DNA from: Terriglobia bacterium
GTDB taxonomy: Bacteria; Acidobacteriota; Terriglobia; Bryobacterales; JACQDG01
Assembly (NCBI GenBank): GCA_041477005.1
Contig: JBGOUJ010000041.1
Coordinates: forward strand, 1-23,447
Length of the DNA: 23,447 nt
Direction: 5' to 3'
Both the position numbers and the translations under genes were made by a program. Positions within the stretch are counted from its first letter, which is position 1, and each line of letters starts with the position of its first letter. The notes below the pieces were generated by a model, which worked only from the letters and a program-made list of their open reading frames with translations, was not told the origin of the DNA and made no database searches. Positions 8,249-15,238 of the stretch are shown piece after piece.

Positions 8249-8279
8249 TATACTGTGAGCTGAGTTGCTCACAAGGAGG
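8249..8279 (+). promoter_or_regulatory. Candidate promoter/5'-UTR element for the 8285 gene. It comprises a -10-like TATACT (8249-8254), a perfect hairpin GTGAGC-tgagtt-GCTCAC (8255-8272) and SD AAGGAGG (8273-8279).
   Basis: All elements were read directly from the sequence. No convincing -35 is present, so the -10 is tentative. Confidence 0.3.
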
Positions 8280-8284
8280 GCTCC

Positions 8285-8731
8285 ATGAGTGCGCTGCGAA
8301 CAGTTGCTTTTCTCATGCTCCTGACGGCTCTGCCGCTGGTTGCGGCCGATCCGATTTGCGGGGTGTGGCAGATGCGGAAGGACGAGAAGAAACAACAACT
8401 CCAGGGCCAGGTGGTAACCGTGGAGCCCTCCGGCGGCGCTACGAAGTTCAGTTATGACATCGCGATGGGCAAGACCCGGATCCAGTATTCCTTCGTGACA
8501 AAAATGGACGGGGAGCCGGTGCCGGCTATGAGCAACGGGAAAGAATTTATGAAGGTGTGGGTGAAGAAAATCAGTCTCTATGAATACGATTCGGGCAGCG
8601 TGGTGCAGGGGACCGAGACCCGGTTCAAGGGCAAGATTAGCGCTGACGGAAGAGTGTGGACAACGGACGGCACGATCCGGTCCGGGGAACAAACGATACC
8701 ATCGCACGTTGTCTTCGATCGCGTAAAGTAG
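8285..8731 (+). CDS. Small secreted hypothetical protein of 148 aa, possibly a lipocalin-like beta-barrel. It is noticeably lower in GC and Lys-rich compared with its neighbours.
   Basis: Signal peptide is AFLMLLTALPLVAADP. A GVW motif near the N-terminus and alternating beta-strand-like segments are present. A strong SD lies upstream. Codon usage uses many AAA/AAG/GAA. Confidence 0.65.
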   Translation: MSALRTVAFLMLLTALPLVAADPICGVWQMRKDEKKQQLQGQVVTVEPSGGATKFSYDIAMGKTRIQYSFVTKMDGEPVPAMSNGKEFMKVWVKKISLYEYDSGSVVQGTETRFKGKISADGRVWTTDGTIRSGEQTIPSHVVFDRVK

Positions 8732-8870
8732 TCGGGCCTCTACCTGCCCATATCAAGCAGCAGCTCGATCAAGATCCCGCCAGGAAGTTGCGCCCACAGA
8801 GCGGATACCGAGCCGGCAAGCGATCCGCCGGCCGCGGTCGACTGTCCCCGGCTCGGAGGGCCGGCGGACA

Positions 8871-9950
8871 TCAGGAGGCGTTCGGGGCAAGCTGGGGCCT
8901 CCGCTGATAACTCAGCAAGCCGAAGCCGACTAGAAGCAGGCACGTGCCGAGGACGATCGGGTTTAGCGCCGACCAGTGACCCGGCAACAACTGAAGCATC
9001 ACCAGCGGGGGTGTGCTGAGCAGGATAAGGCTGGTCCGCCGGACGAGAGTGTTCGGAGAACCGGCAAACACCACCAGGGGCAGCGCCGCAACGGCCAGAT
9101 CGTACTGAAAGCTCTGCGGACTCAGGAAGACGGATGCCAACAGCCCAAAAGAAAAGGCTTCCAGCAGGCCGAGCTCGCGGACTACCTTGATTGTGGACAA
9201 TATTGTCAGCAGCGCTAAGATCGGGTACGCGGGACTCCAGCCGAGGTGAGTGGCCAGGCCGCGAGCAGTCGGCATCCCTGGCAATTCCGGTCGATCCAGG
9301 CGGATCAGCCCCTGGTAGTCTCCGACGATCTTCCAAATCCGCCAATCCAGAATCCACAGCGAGATCAAGATAAGAAACAAGCCCGCGCCGGCATATCCGG
9401 CCAGCATCCGTCTCTCGCGCTTCACCAGTAGCACCAGGGGAACCAACAGGTACAGCGTCGGTTTCTGGAGCGTGAAGGCCAGGACGGCGCCGGCAACCAG
9501 GGGCCAATGGAGCTGCCAGAGTCGAAGCGCCGCCAGCAGGATGAACATTTGCACGGCCCCGTCCTGCTCGATGGCAAAATTGAAGGCAAACGGGAAAAAC
9601 AACCCAAGAATCGCCGGCGACACGCGCTTCCCCACCACGAGCGGTATCAACAAGGCGACGCCAATCACCGCAGCCAGGTTGAGCGCCAGCCAGGCTCGAT
9701 CGAACCCGATCCATTTCAGCGGCCGCAGCAAGCAGCCGTAGAACGGCGCGCGGTAGTAAGGCAGGAACCGCTTGACTCCCGGCTGCAGTGCCAACTGGAG
9801 CTGCCCCTCGTACATGTGAGGGCCGCAGAGTGTAGCGCCGGTGCGGAACACGCGGGCGTCCTTCGTGCCGATCGGGCCGGCCAGCCAGTACCCGCCCCCC
9901 AGCACGCCGAGCAGGAACAGCAGTTCCACAGCGCGAAGAAGGTCTCTCAT
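8871..9950 (-). CDS. Polytopic integral membrane protein of 359 aa, possibly a GT87/DUF2029-like glycosyltransferase.
   Basis: It is hydrophobic, with about 9-10 predicted TM helices (LLFLLGVLGGGYWLAG..., LALNLAAVIGVALLIPLVV..., ILGLFFPFAFNFAI..., LVPLVLLV..., LFLILISLWILDW..., etc.). The family assignment rests only on resemblance. The overlapping 437-aa ORF 8740..10053 in another frame is R/P/A-rich and is rejected. Confidence 0.65.
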   Translation of the reverse strand: MRDLLRAVELLFLLGVLGGGYWLAGPIGTKDARVFRTGATLCGPHMYEGQLQLALQPGVKRFLPYYRAPFYGCLLRPLKWIGFDRAWLALNLAAVIGVALLIPLVVGKRVSPAILGLFFPFAFNFAIEQDGAVQMFILLAALRLWQLHWPLVAGAVLAFTLQKPTLYLLVPLVLLVKRERRMLAGYAGAGLFLILISLWILDWRIWKIVGDYQGLIRLDRPELPGMPTARGLATHLGWSPAYPILALLTILSTIKVVRELGLLEAFSFGLLASVFLSPQSFQYDLAVAALPLVVFAGSPNTLVRRTSLILLSTPPLVMLQLLPGHWSALNPIVLGTCLLLVGFGLLSYQRRPQLAPNAS

Positions 9951-10629
9951 CTTTACGGCTGTCGTAGATTCTCTTTCCGGGCCGCCTTTCCGTTTGCACC
10001 CCGCACGCTGGGGTCCCCGGCTTCGACCTGGCGCCTGTACCGGAAGCCTGCATTCCGATGGAGTTCCGCCGGACCGCGCCTTCGAGTGGACCGAGGCGGG
10101 CGCTTGGGCGCGGTGTATCAGGCGGGAGTCGCCGTGGATGTCATTCGATGGGACCGGCGGGAAAGATCCGGGTCGCCATGCGGAGTCCGCAAGTGCCAGC
10201 CCGCTACTTCCCTGCCCTTCGGGGATCTTCCAGCTCCTTGCATCGAACGGTCGCTACTGCAATGGCCTGAAGCTCCGCGTCAACCATTTGCCGCAGCACT
10301 GAACTGCCAACATCCGGCCCCCGTTTTGCTTGAATGGCGGAAATGCGCTCGAATGCCTCCCATCGCCGAAGGCTTTCCGGAGAGATGCCGTGCCTGAACT
10401 CCATACCCCCCCCTCCACCCTCCATCACCTCAATCAACAGGTAACACTCAGCAAGAATAGACCGGGATAGCCGAATATACAACGTGACTTCCGTACCAAG
10501 TCGTGGGACTAGGTGTTCGGTACACTTAGTACTTTTGGTTGGAAAGGACGCCGCGGGGTGTGGGATTTTGCGCACCTGAGGCTCTCCAAGTCTTGTCAAA
10601 TAGTGTAATGTATTGAGCCGACGCCGGAT

Positions 10630-12324
10630 TTGACCTTTGCGAGAGTTGGCCGCCCGCGTGCTCCTTCGCTCGCCGTCGGAGTCTCATTTTGGTTTCCGAC
10701 CCGATGGGGGCTGCGCGTGAAGCCACACCGGACTCTCTCGCATGTACTTGCGCATGTAGCCGTTCTTGCGGTGTTTTCCGGGATGCCGCTGGCGCGCGCC
10801 ACCGGACCCGAGGCCGCCGGCCTTGCGAACTGGGCGCCCGCGCGATGGCAGGGCGGCCCGCTCGAGGTGCTTCGCCGCGCCCGGACCAATGCCGGGGACA
10901 AAGCGCCCGCTGACGCTACCCTCGCGGGCACCCTCCTCGACTGGTACAATCCGCGCACGCTCGACCTGCTCGCGAACACGCCCATCAACTCGCTGTTAGT
11001 GACCTGGAGCGTGGGCGCCGATGCGGCCGTTGAATCGCAGCAGCAGAAGCTCGTGGCGTCTTATACGCGCGCGGCGCACCAGCGGGGTATCGTGGTGGTG
11101 GGCCTGCTCTATCCGGGCTCTGATCCAGGCCGGGCGGTCGCGTCGGCGGTGGAGGCCGGTCTCGATGGGCTGGGCATAGAAGGCGATTTCGCCGACGGCC
11201 CGCAATTCGCTCAGGAACTGCGGCGCTTGCTGCGCGCGAAGAAGAGTTCCGCCGTTGTCATTCCGCTGGGTCCGCGAGACTGGCTCTTGCCGGATGTGGA
11301 GTGGCCGGTGTTGGGCACGAGCGACGCGGTAACGCCGCGGATCCGGGTATTCTCCGAATCCGGGGCTGTCACCGCCACTCCCTCGACCGAGCCCTGGATC
11401 GAGTCCAACTCCTGGCTCATTCGCTCGCTGCGCGCGGGGGGCGGCGAGCGCCCGGTTTGGCTCGGGCACCGGATCGAGAATCCCTCGGCGGCCGACTACG
11501 AGCGCGCCATCGCGGACGCGGCCGTCGCCGGTGGCCGCTGGGTCCTGGCGCCGGACGACGCGCTGCTGACGGGCCTCCAGCGGGGAGATCCCGAAGCTTT
11601 CGCCACCTGGCGCCGCATCGGCTCCTGCCTGACCTTCTACGAGCAGCACGCGGAATGGCGCGCGTTCACTCCCGCCGCCGTGCTGGGCATCATCCAGGAC
11701 CGCGCCGCCAGGCACGCCGACGTGGCAGCCGAGAATCTCAACCTGATCACCCGCCGGCGCATTCCCTACCGCGTGATCGAGCGGGCGGATCTCGCGCCGG
11801 CGGCGCTGGAGGGCCTGCAGGCCGTGCTGGCCACCGACCTCGCGCCGCCCACGGAACAAGAGCGCAAACTGCTAGCCGCCTTCGCCGAGAACGGCGGACT
11901 GCTCGTGGCCGGCCCTTCGTGGAATTGCGCCACTCCGGGCGAACGAGACTACGCCGTCGAGAAGTTCGGCGCGGGCCGGATTGCCGTATACAAACAAGAC
12001 CCGCCCGATCCGGAAGCTCTTTCCAAGGAGATGCCCGATCTGCTCGGCAAGGAAAACCTCCCGGTGCGGCTGTTCAACGTGGATTCGCTGCTGGCGCAGG
12101 TCACAGCCGGCCCTGGCAAGAACGGCCTCCTGGTACAACTGGTGAACTACGCGACCGAGCCATCGGACCTGATCACGGTGCGTGCGGCGGGCGGATATCG
12201 CAGCGCGCGCCTGTTCAGCCCCGGAGCGCCGCCGGCGGAGCTGAGGATCCACAAGTCTGCCGGGAGGATCGAAGTGACTGTCGAGAGGGTCGCGGTCTGC
12301 GCCGCGCTGCTGCTCGAGAAATGA
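10630..12324 (+). CDS. Hypothetical secreted protein of 564 aa as drawn. A more likely start is GTG 10717, which gives a clean signal peptide. It may be glycosidase-like or a TIM-barrel, but this is unverified.
   Basis: From GTG 10717 the N-terminus reads VKPHRTLSHVLAHVAVLAVFSGMPLARA/TGPEA, a signal-peptide-like sequence preceded by GGGGG. It is followed 12 nt later by the DUF362 gene, which has its own GGAGGA SD, so the two are likely an operon. No family recognised with confidence. Confidence 0.65.
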   Translation: MTFARVGRPRAPSLAVGVSFWFPTRWGLRVKPHRTLSHVLAHVAVLAVFSGMPLARATGPEAAGLANWAPARWQGGPLEVLRRARTNAGDKAPADATLAGTLLDWYNPRTLDLLANTPINSLLVTWSVGADAAVESQQQKLVASYTRAAHQRGIVVVGLLYPGSDPGRAVASAVEAGLDGLGIEGDFADGPQFAQELRRLLRAKKSSAVVIPLGPRDWLLPDVEWPVLGTSDAVTPRIRVFSESGAVTATPSTEPWIESNSWLIRSLRAGGGERPVWLGHRIENPSAADYERAIADAAVAGGRWVLAPDDALLTGLQRGDPEAFATWRRIGSCLTFYEQHAEWRAFTPAAVLGIIQDRAARHADVAAENLNLITRRRIPYRVIERADLAPAALEGLQAVLATDLAPPTEQERKLLAAFAENGGLLVAGPSWNCATPGERDYAVEKFGAGRIAVYKQDPPDPEALSKEMPDLLGKENLPVRLFNVDSLLAQVTAGPGKNGLLVQLVNYATEPSDLITVRAAGGYRSARLFSPGAPPAELRIHKSAGRIEVTVERVAVCAALLLEK

Positions 12325-12336
12325 CCGGAGGACCCC

Positions 12337-13530
12337 ATGACTGAGAGCTGGAATACCATTACGCGACGCCAACTGCTGGCCGGCTCCGGCCTGAGCCTGG
12401 TTTCGCTTGTCCGCGGCCAGCCACCCGCCGCCCCGAGCGCGCCGGTCGCCCCGGTGTCGGTCGCCAAGTGCGCGAGCTATGACGCGGATCTGGTCAGCAT
12501 GCTGGCCAAGCAATTCGACCAGATCGGCGGCATCGGCAAGCTGCTTGGCGGCAAGACCGTCGCGATCAAGCTGAACCTTACCGGTGGCGGCCGGATCGCC
12601 GGCTACACCGCCGGCCAGACGCACTGGGTGCATCCGAAACTGCTGGGAGCGACCTGCCACCTGATGGGACTCGCCGGCGCAAAGCGCATCCGGATACTCG
12701 AAGGCGCCGCACGGGGCGATGCGCTCGAAGACAAGATGCTCAACGCCGGTTGGGATGTGAACGCCCTGCGCTCGACCGCGCCCATTGTGGAGTTCGAAGG
12801 CACGAACCACCTGGGCAACGGCAAGCGTTACGCGCGACTGAAGGTGGCCAAGCCCTATATCTACCCCGCCTTCGACCTGAATCACTCCTACGAGGACACA
12901 GACGTATACGTCAGCATGGCCAAGCTCAAGCACCACGAGGAGTGCGGCATCACGCTCACGATCAAGAACGCCTTCGGCATCACACCGAACTCGATCTACG
13001 GGGACGACGCCGGCGTGGACGAACCGAACGAGAGTGCGCGCCGCGGCCGGGAAACACTCCTTCACGCCGGGAAGCGGCAGCCGCCGAAGAGCGCGCCGCA
13101 GGAGGTGGACTTCACTTCCCTGCGCTTCGAGGGTTATCGCGTGCCGCGGATCTGCGTGGATTTGACCGCCGCCCGGCCGGTCGACCTGGCCATCATCGAC
13201 GGCATCGAATCCTCGGTCCAGGGCGAGGGGCCGTGGGTGAAGGGCTTCAAGTATGCCAACCCGCAGGTGGTGATCGTGGGCCGCAACCCGGTCTGCACGG
13301 ATGCGGTCGCAACCGCGGTGATGGGCTACAACCCGCGGGCGAAGCGGGGCGAGGCGCCCTTCCACCGTATCACCCCGCCGGAAACTCCCGGCGCGCCCGA
13401 ATGGGCCGAGAACCCCATGCTGCTAGCCGAGGCCGTGGGTATCGGCAGTGCCAACCTCAGCCGCATCGATGTCCGTGGTGTCCCGATCAAGGACGCGGTG
13501 TTTGATTTCGAATCGCGGCGAAAGGGATAG
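12337..13530 (+). CDS. Tat-exported DUF362-domain protein, 397 aa.
   Basis: Twin-arginine signal is TRRQLLAGSGLSLVSLV. DUF362-type blocks are present (KTVAIKLNLTGG..., HPKLLGATCHLMGLAGAKRIRILEG, KLKHHEECGITLTIKNAFGI, DLAIIDGIESSVQGEGPW). SD GGAGGA lies at 12327-12332. Confidence 0.8.
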   Translation: MTESWNTITRRQLLAGSGLSLVSLVRGQPPAAPSAPVAPVSVAKCASYDADLVSMLAKQFDQIGGIGKLLGGKTVAIKLNLTGGGRIAGYTAGQTHWVHPKLLGATCHLMGLAGAKRIRILEGAARGDALEDKMLNAGWDVNALRSTAPIVEFEGTNHLGNGKRYARLKVAKPYIYPAFDLNHSYEDTDVYVSMAKLKHHEECGITLTIKNAFGITPNSIYGDDAGVDEPNESARRGRETLLHAGKRQPPKSAPQEVDFTSLRFEGYRVPRICVDLTAARPVDLAIIDGIESSVQGEGPWVKGFKYANPQVVIVGRNPVCTDAVATAVMGYNPRAKRGEAPFHRITPPETPGAPEWAENPMLLAEAVGIGSANLSRIDVRGVPIKDAVFDFESRRKG

Positions 13531-13586
13531 ACCGTCGAGCGCTTGCGGCAAGGGGCGCGGCGGGGCTCCGGGTGAGGGGGCGAATC

Positions 13587-13626
13587 GGACTGGCACACCC
13601 CGAGTCGTCCAATAAAGAAGACCGAG
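13587..13626 (+). promoter_or_regulatory. Copy A of a conserved ~38-nt motif, GGACTGGCACACCCCGAGTCGTCCAATAAAGAAGACCGAG, about 157 nt upstream of the UspA start.
   Basis: Near-identical to 14739-14779 (the first 17 nt are identical and about 30 of 38 match overall). It is followed by the hairpin ATGCCC-TTGCA-GGGCAT at 13660-13676. Confidence 0.4.
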
Positions 13627-13782
13627 GTAACAGCTTTCCAGTGATGCCACCAGGAAAGGATGCCCTTGCAGGGCATGCTCGATGCGCTTGGGCTTCAATA
13701 GATGCCGGCGCCCCAGCCGCTGCCGCTCCAGATCATCCTCTTTGGATGCCCGATTGCTCCGTTTCTTGATGGCAGGTGCCAT

Positions 13783-14649
13783 ATGCTGGCGATCAACAAA
13801 ATCCTGGTGCCGGTAGATTTTTCGGAGCGTTCGACCGTGGCGGCGCTGCAAGCGTCGGCCCTGGCTCGTCGTCTCCATTCCGATCTGGTGTTGCTGCACG
13901 TCTCCCATCCTGCCTATACCGCCGACGTGTTCGAAGGAGCTTACTTCCAACCCAATCCTGCGCTGGTCGAGCGGGAGCAGCGCGAGCTGGACAGCCTCCT
14001 GGCAGGCGAGCCAGCCGGCCTGTCGGTGCGGCGCGTTCGCGCGGAAGGCGATCCGGCCCGGTGCATCGTGCACCTGGCGCACCAGGAGAATGTCGGTCTT
14101 ATTGTCATGCCGACGCACGGCTACGGTCCATTTCGCCGCTTCATCCTGGGCTCGGTGACAGCCAAGGTTCTACACGACGCTGAGTGCCCGGTGTGGACCG
14201 GCGTGCACTGGGAGCAGCCGCCGGCGAGCGAAGAGGCGGTCATTCGCAACGTGCTCTGCGCCATCGATTTAAGTCCCCACAGCCGGCGCACCCTGTGCTG
14301 GGCCGCGCAGATGGCCGCGGAGCTCGGCGCGCACCTGGGCATCGCGCACGTCACAGCGTCGCTCGATGCCAGCGAACCGGGCGAACATTACTTTGTTCCC
14401 GAGTGGGCGAACGTGCTGCTCTCCGTCGCCGCAGAGAAAATCGAGAAGCTGCAACACGAGATGAGTATCACTGCGAAGGTTCATATCGCCAGCGGAGAAG
14501 CGCCCAAGGTGGTGCGCCAGTTCGCCGAAGAAGTCTCCGCGGATCTGCTGGTGATCGGCCGCAGCCCCCATGGCGGCCTCGCCGGCCGCCTGCGCACCAA
14601 TGCGTACGCCATCATTCGCGAGTCGCCCTGCCCGGTCGTCAGCGTCTGA
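13783..14649 (+). CDS. Tandem-domain universal stress protein (two UspA domains), 289 aa from ATG 13783.
   Basis: Domain 1 is MLAINKILVPVDFSERSTVAALQASALARRLHSDLVLLHV...GLIVMPTHGYGPFRRFILGSVTAKVLHDAECPVW. Domain 2 is VLCAIDLSPHSRRTLCWAAQMA...LLVIGRSPHGGLAGRLRTNAYAIIRESPCPVVSV. The six-frame ORF begins at 13702, but the in-frame ATG 13783 at the MLAINK block is the sensible start. Confidence 0.85.
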   Translation: MLAINKILVPVDFSERSTVAALQASALARRLHSDLVLLHVSHPAYTADVFEGAYFQPNPALVEREQRELDSLLAGEPAGLSVRRVRAEGDPARCIVHLAHQENVGLIVMPTHGYGPFRRFILGSVTAKVLHDAECPVWTGVHWEQPPASEEAVIRNVLCAIDLSPHSRRTLCWAAQMAAELGAHLGIAHVTASLDASEPGEHYFVPEWANVLLSVAAEKIEKLQHEMSITAKVHIASGEAPKVVRQFAEEVSADLLVIGRSPHGGLAGRLRTNAYAIIRESPCPVVSV

Positions 14650-14738
14650 GGCCCGAGGGAAAAGGAAGGGCGGGTCACTAAAGGCGCCGCTTCTCTGTTC
14701 GAACGAGCCCCACCCCCAAAACGGTGCAATGGCAAATG

Positions 14739-14779
14739 GGACTGGCACACCCCGAATCATCCAAATAAAAACGAGAAAC
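14739..14779 (+). promoter_or_regulatory. Copy B of the conserved motif, GGACTGGCACACCCCGAATCATCCAAATAAAAACGAGAAAC, about 42 nt upstream of the ATG at 14821.
   Basis: Direct comparison with 13587-13626. It contains TGGCAC, but the -12 region does not match the sigma-54 GC element at the required spacing. Confidence 0.4.
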
Positions 14780-14820
14780 TGCTGGACCAGGCACTGCGGA
14801 AATTCCAGGGAAAGCCGCTC

Positions 14821-15024
14821 ATGAAATCGCTTTACCTGAACGCCGGTAGCGAACGCCGGTGGCTGTCCGAGCAGGAGTTCAAGCAGTTGACGGACTTCTT
14901 CGTCCAGGACATCAATCAAGGCAAGCTGTGTGGCATCAGGATCTTTCGTGTCGCAAGTCTGCAGGAGCGTCCCGAATACGCGGAGTGGACCAAAGAGGCA
15001 TTGAAGAAGCTGCAGCGCATATAA
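14821..15024 (+). CDS. Small hypothetical protein of 67 aa (MKSLYLNAGSERRWLSEQEFKQLTDFFVQDINQGKLCGIRIFRVASLQERPEYAEWTKEALKKLQRI).
   Basis: Protein-like composition with K/E/Q and aromatics, atypical for high-GC shadow ORFs. A purine-rich stretch (AGGGAAAG) lies 8 nt upstream and motif copy B lies further upstream. No family recognised. Confidence 0.5.
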   Translation: MKSLYLNAGSERRWLSEQEFKQLTDFFVQDINQGKLCGIRIFRVASLQERPEYAEWTKEALKKLQRI

Positions 15025-15238
15025 CGAGCACGCCAAGGGGGCCAGGTAACTCGGCTGCCGCCCCGGCATCGATTTCGAAACGCTGGACGATCATGACGGT
15101 AGGCTGGCGCCCAGCCTGACACTCCGCCAGCAGGATTCGCAAGATCCGGGACGGACGGGCCTTCGTCCGGTCCGCCAGTGGCAGGCAGCGTGCTGCGGAA
15201 GTTCTGGGGGGTGCCGCAGCCGGCAACCGAGCTTCCCG

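Noticed and set aside
8740-10053. 437-aa minus-strand ORF overlapping the membrane protein gene.
   Set aside because: It is an alternate frame of 8871..9950. The composition is R/P/A/G-rich, typical of high-GC shadow ORFs.
10440-10530. Possible tRNA or small structured RNA in the AT-rich intergenic patch.
   Set aside because: No T-loop (GTTCGAATC-like) or cloverleaf-compatible complementarity was visible on manual inspection. Only short imperfect inverted repeats were found.
11301-12344. 347-aa plus-strand ORF, along with the minus-strand ORFs 10996..11859 and 11872..13365.
   Set aside because: Extremely Arg/Gly/Pro-rich and overlapping the 10630..12324 and DUF362 genes. These are frame-shadow artefacts.
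12750-13505. 251-aa plus-strand ORF inside the DUF362 gene in another frame.
   Set aside because: It is R/G/P-rich and overlaps a well-supported CDS.
13587-13610. Sigma-54 promoter interpretation of the TGGCAC-containing motif.
   Set aside because: The required GC dinucleotide of the -12 element (TTGCW) is absent at the N4-5 spacing in both copies.
14269-15069. 266-aa minus-strand ORF antisense to the usp gene and the small ORF. The R-rich ORFs 13776..14183 and 14184..14681 were also rejected.
   Set aside because: Antisense and alternate-frame shadows of the Usp gene. No protein-like motifs.
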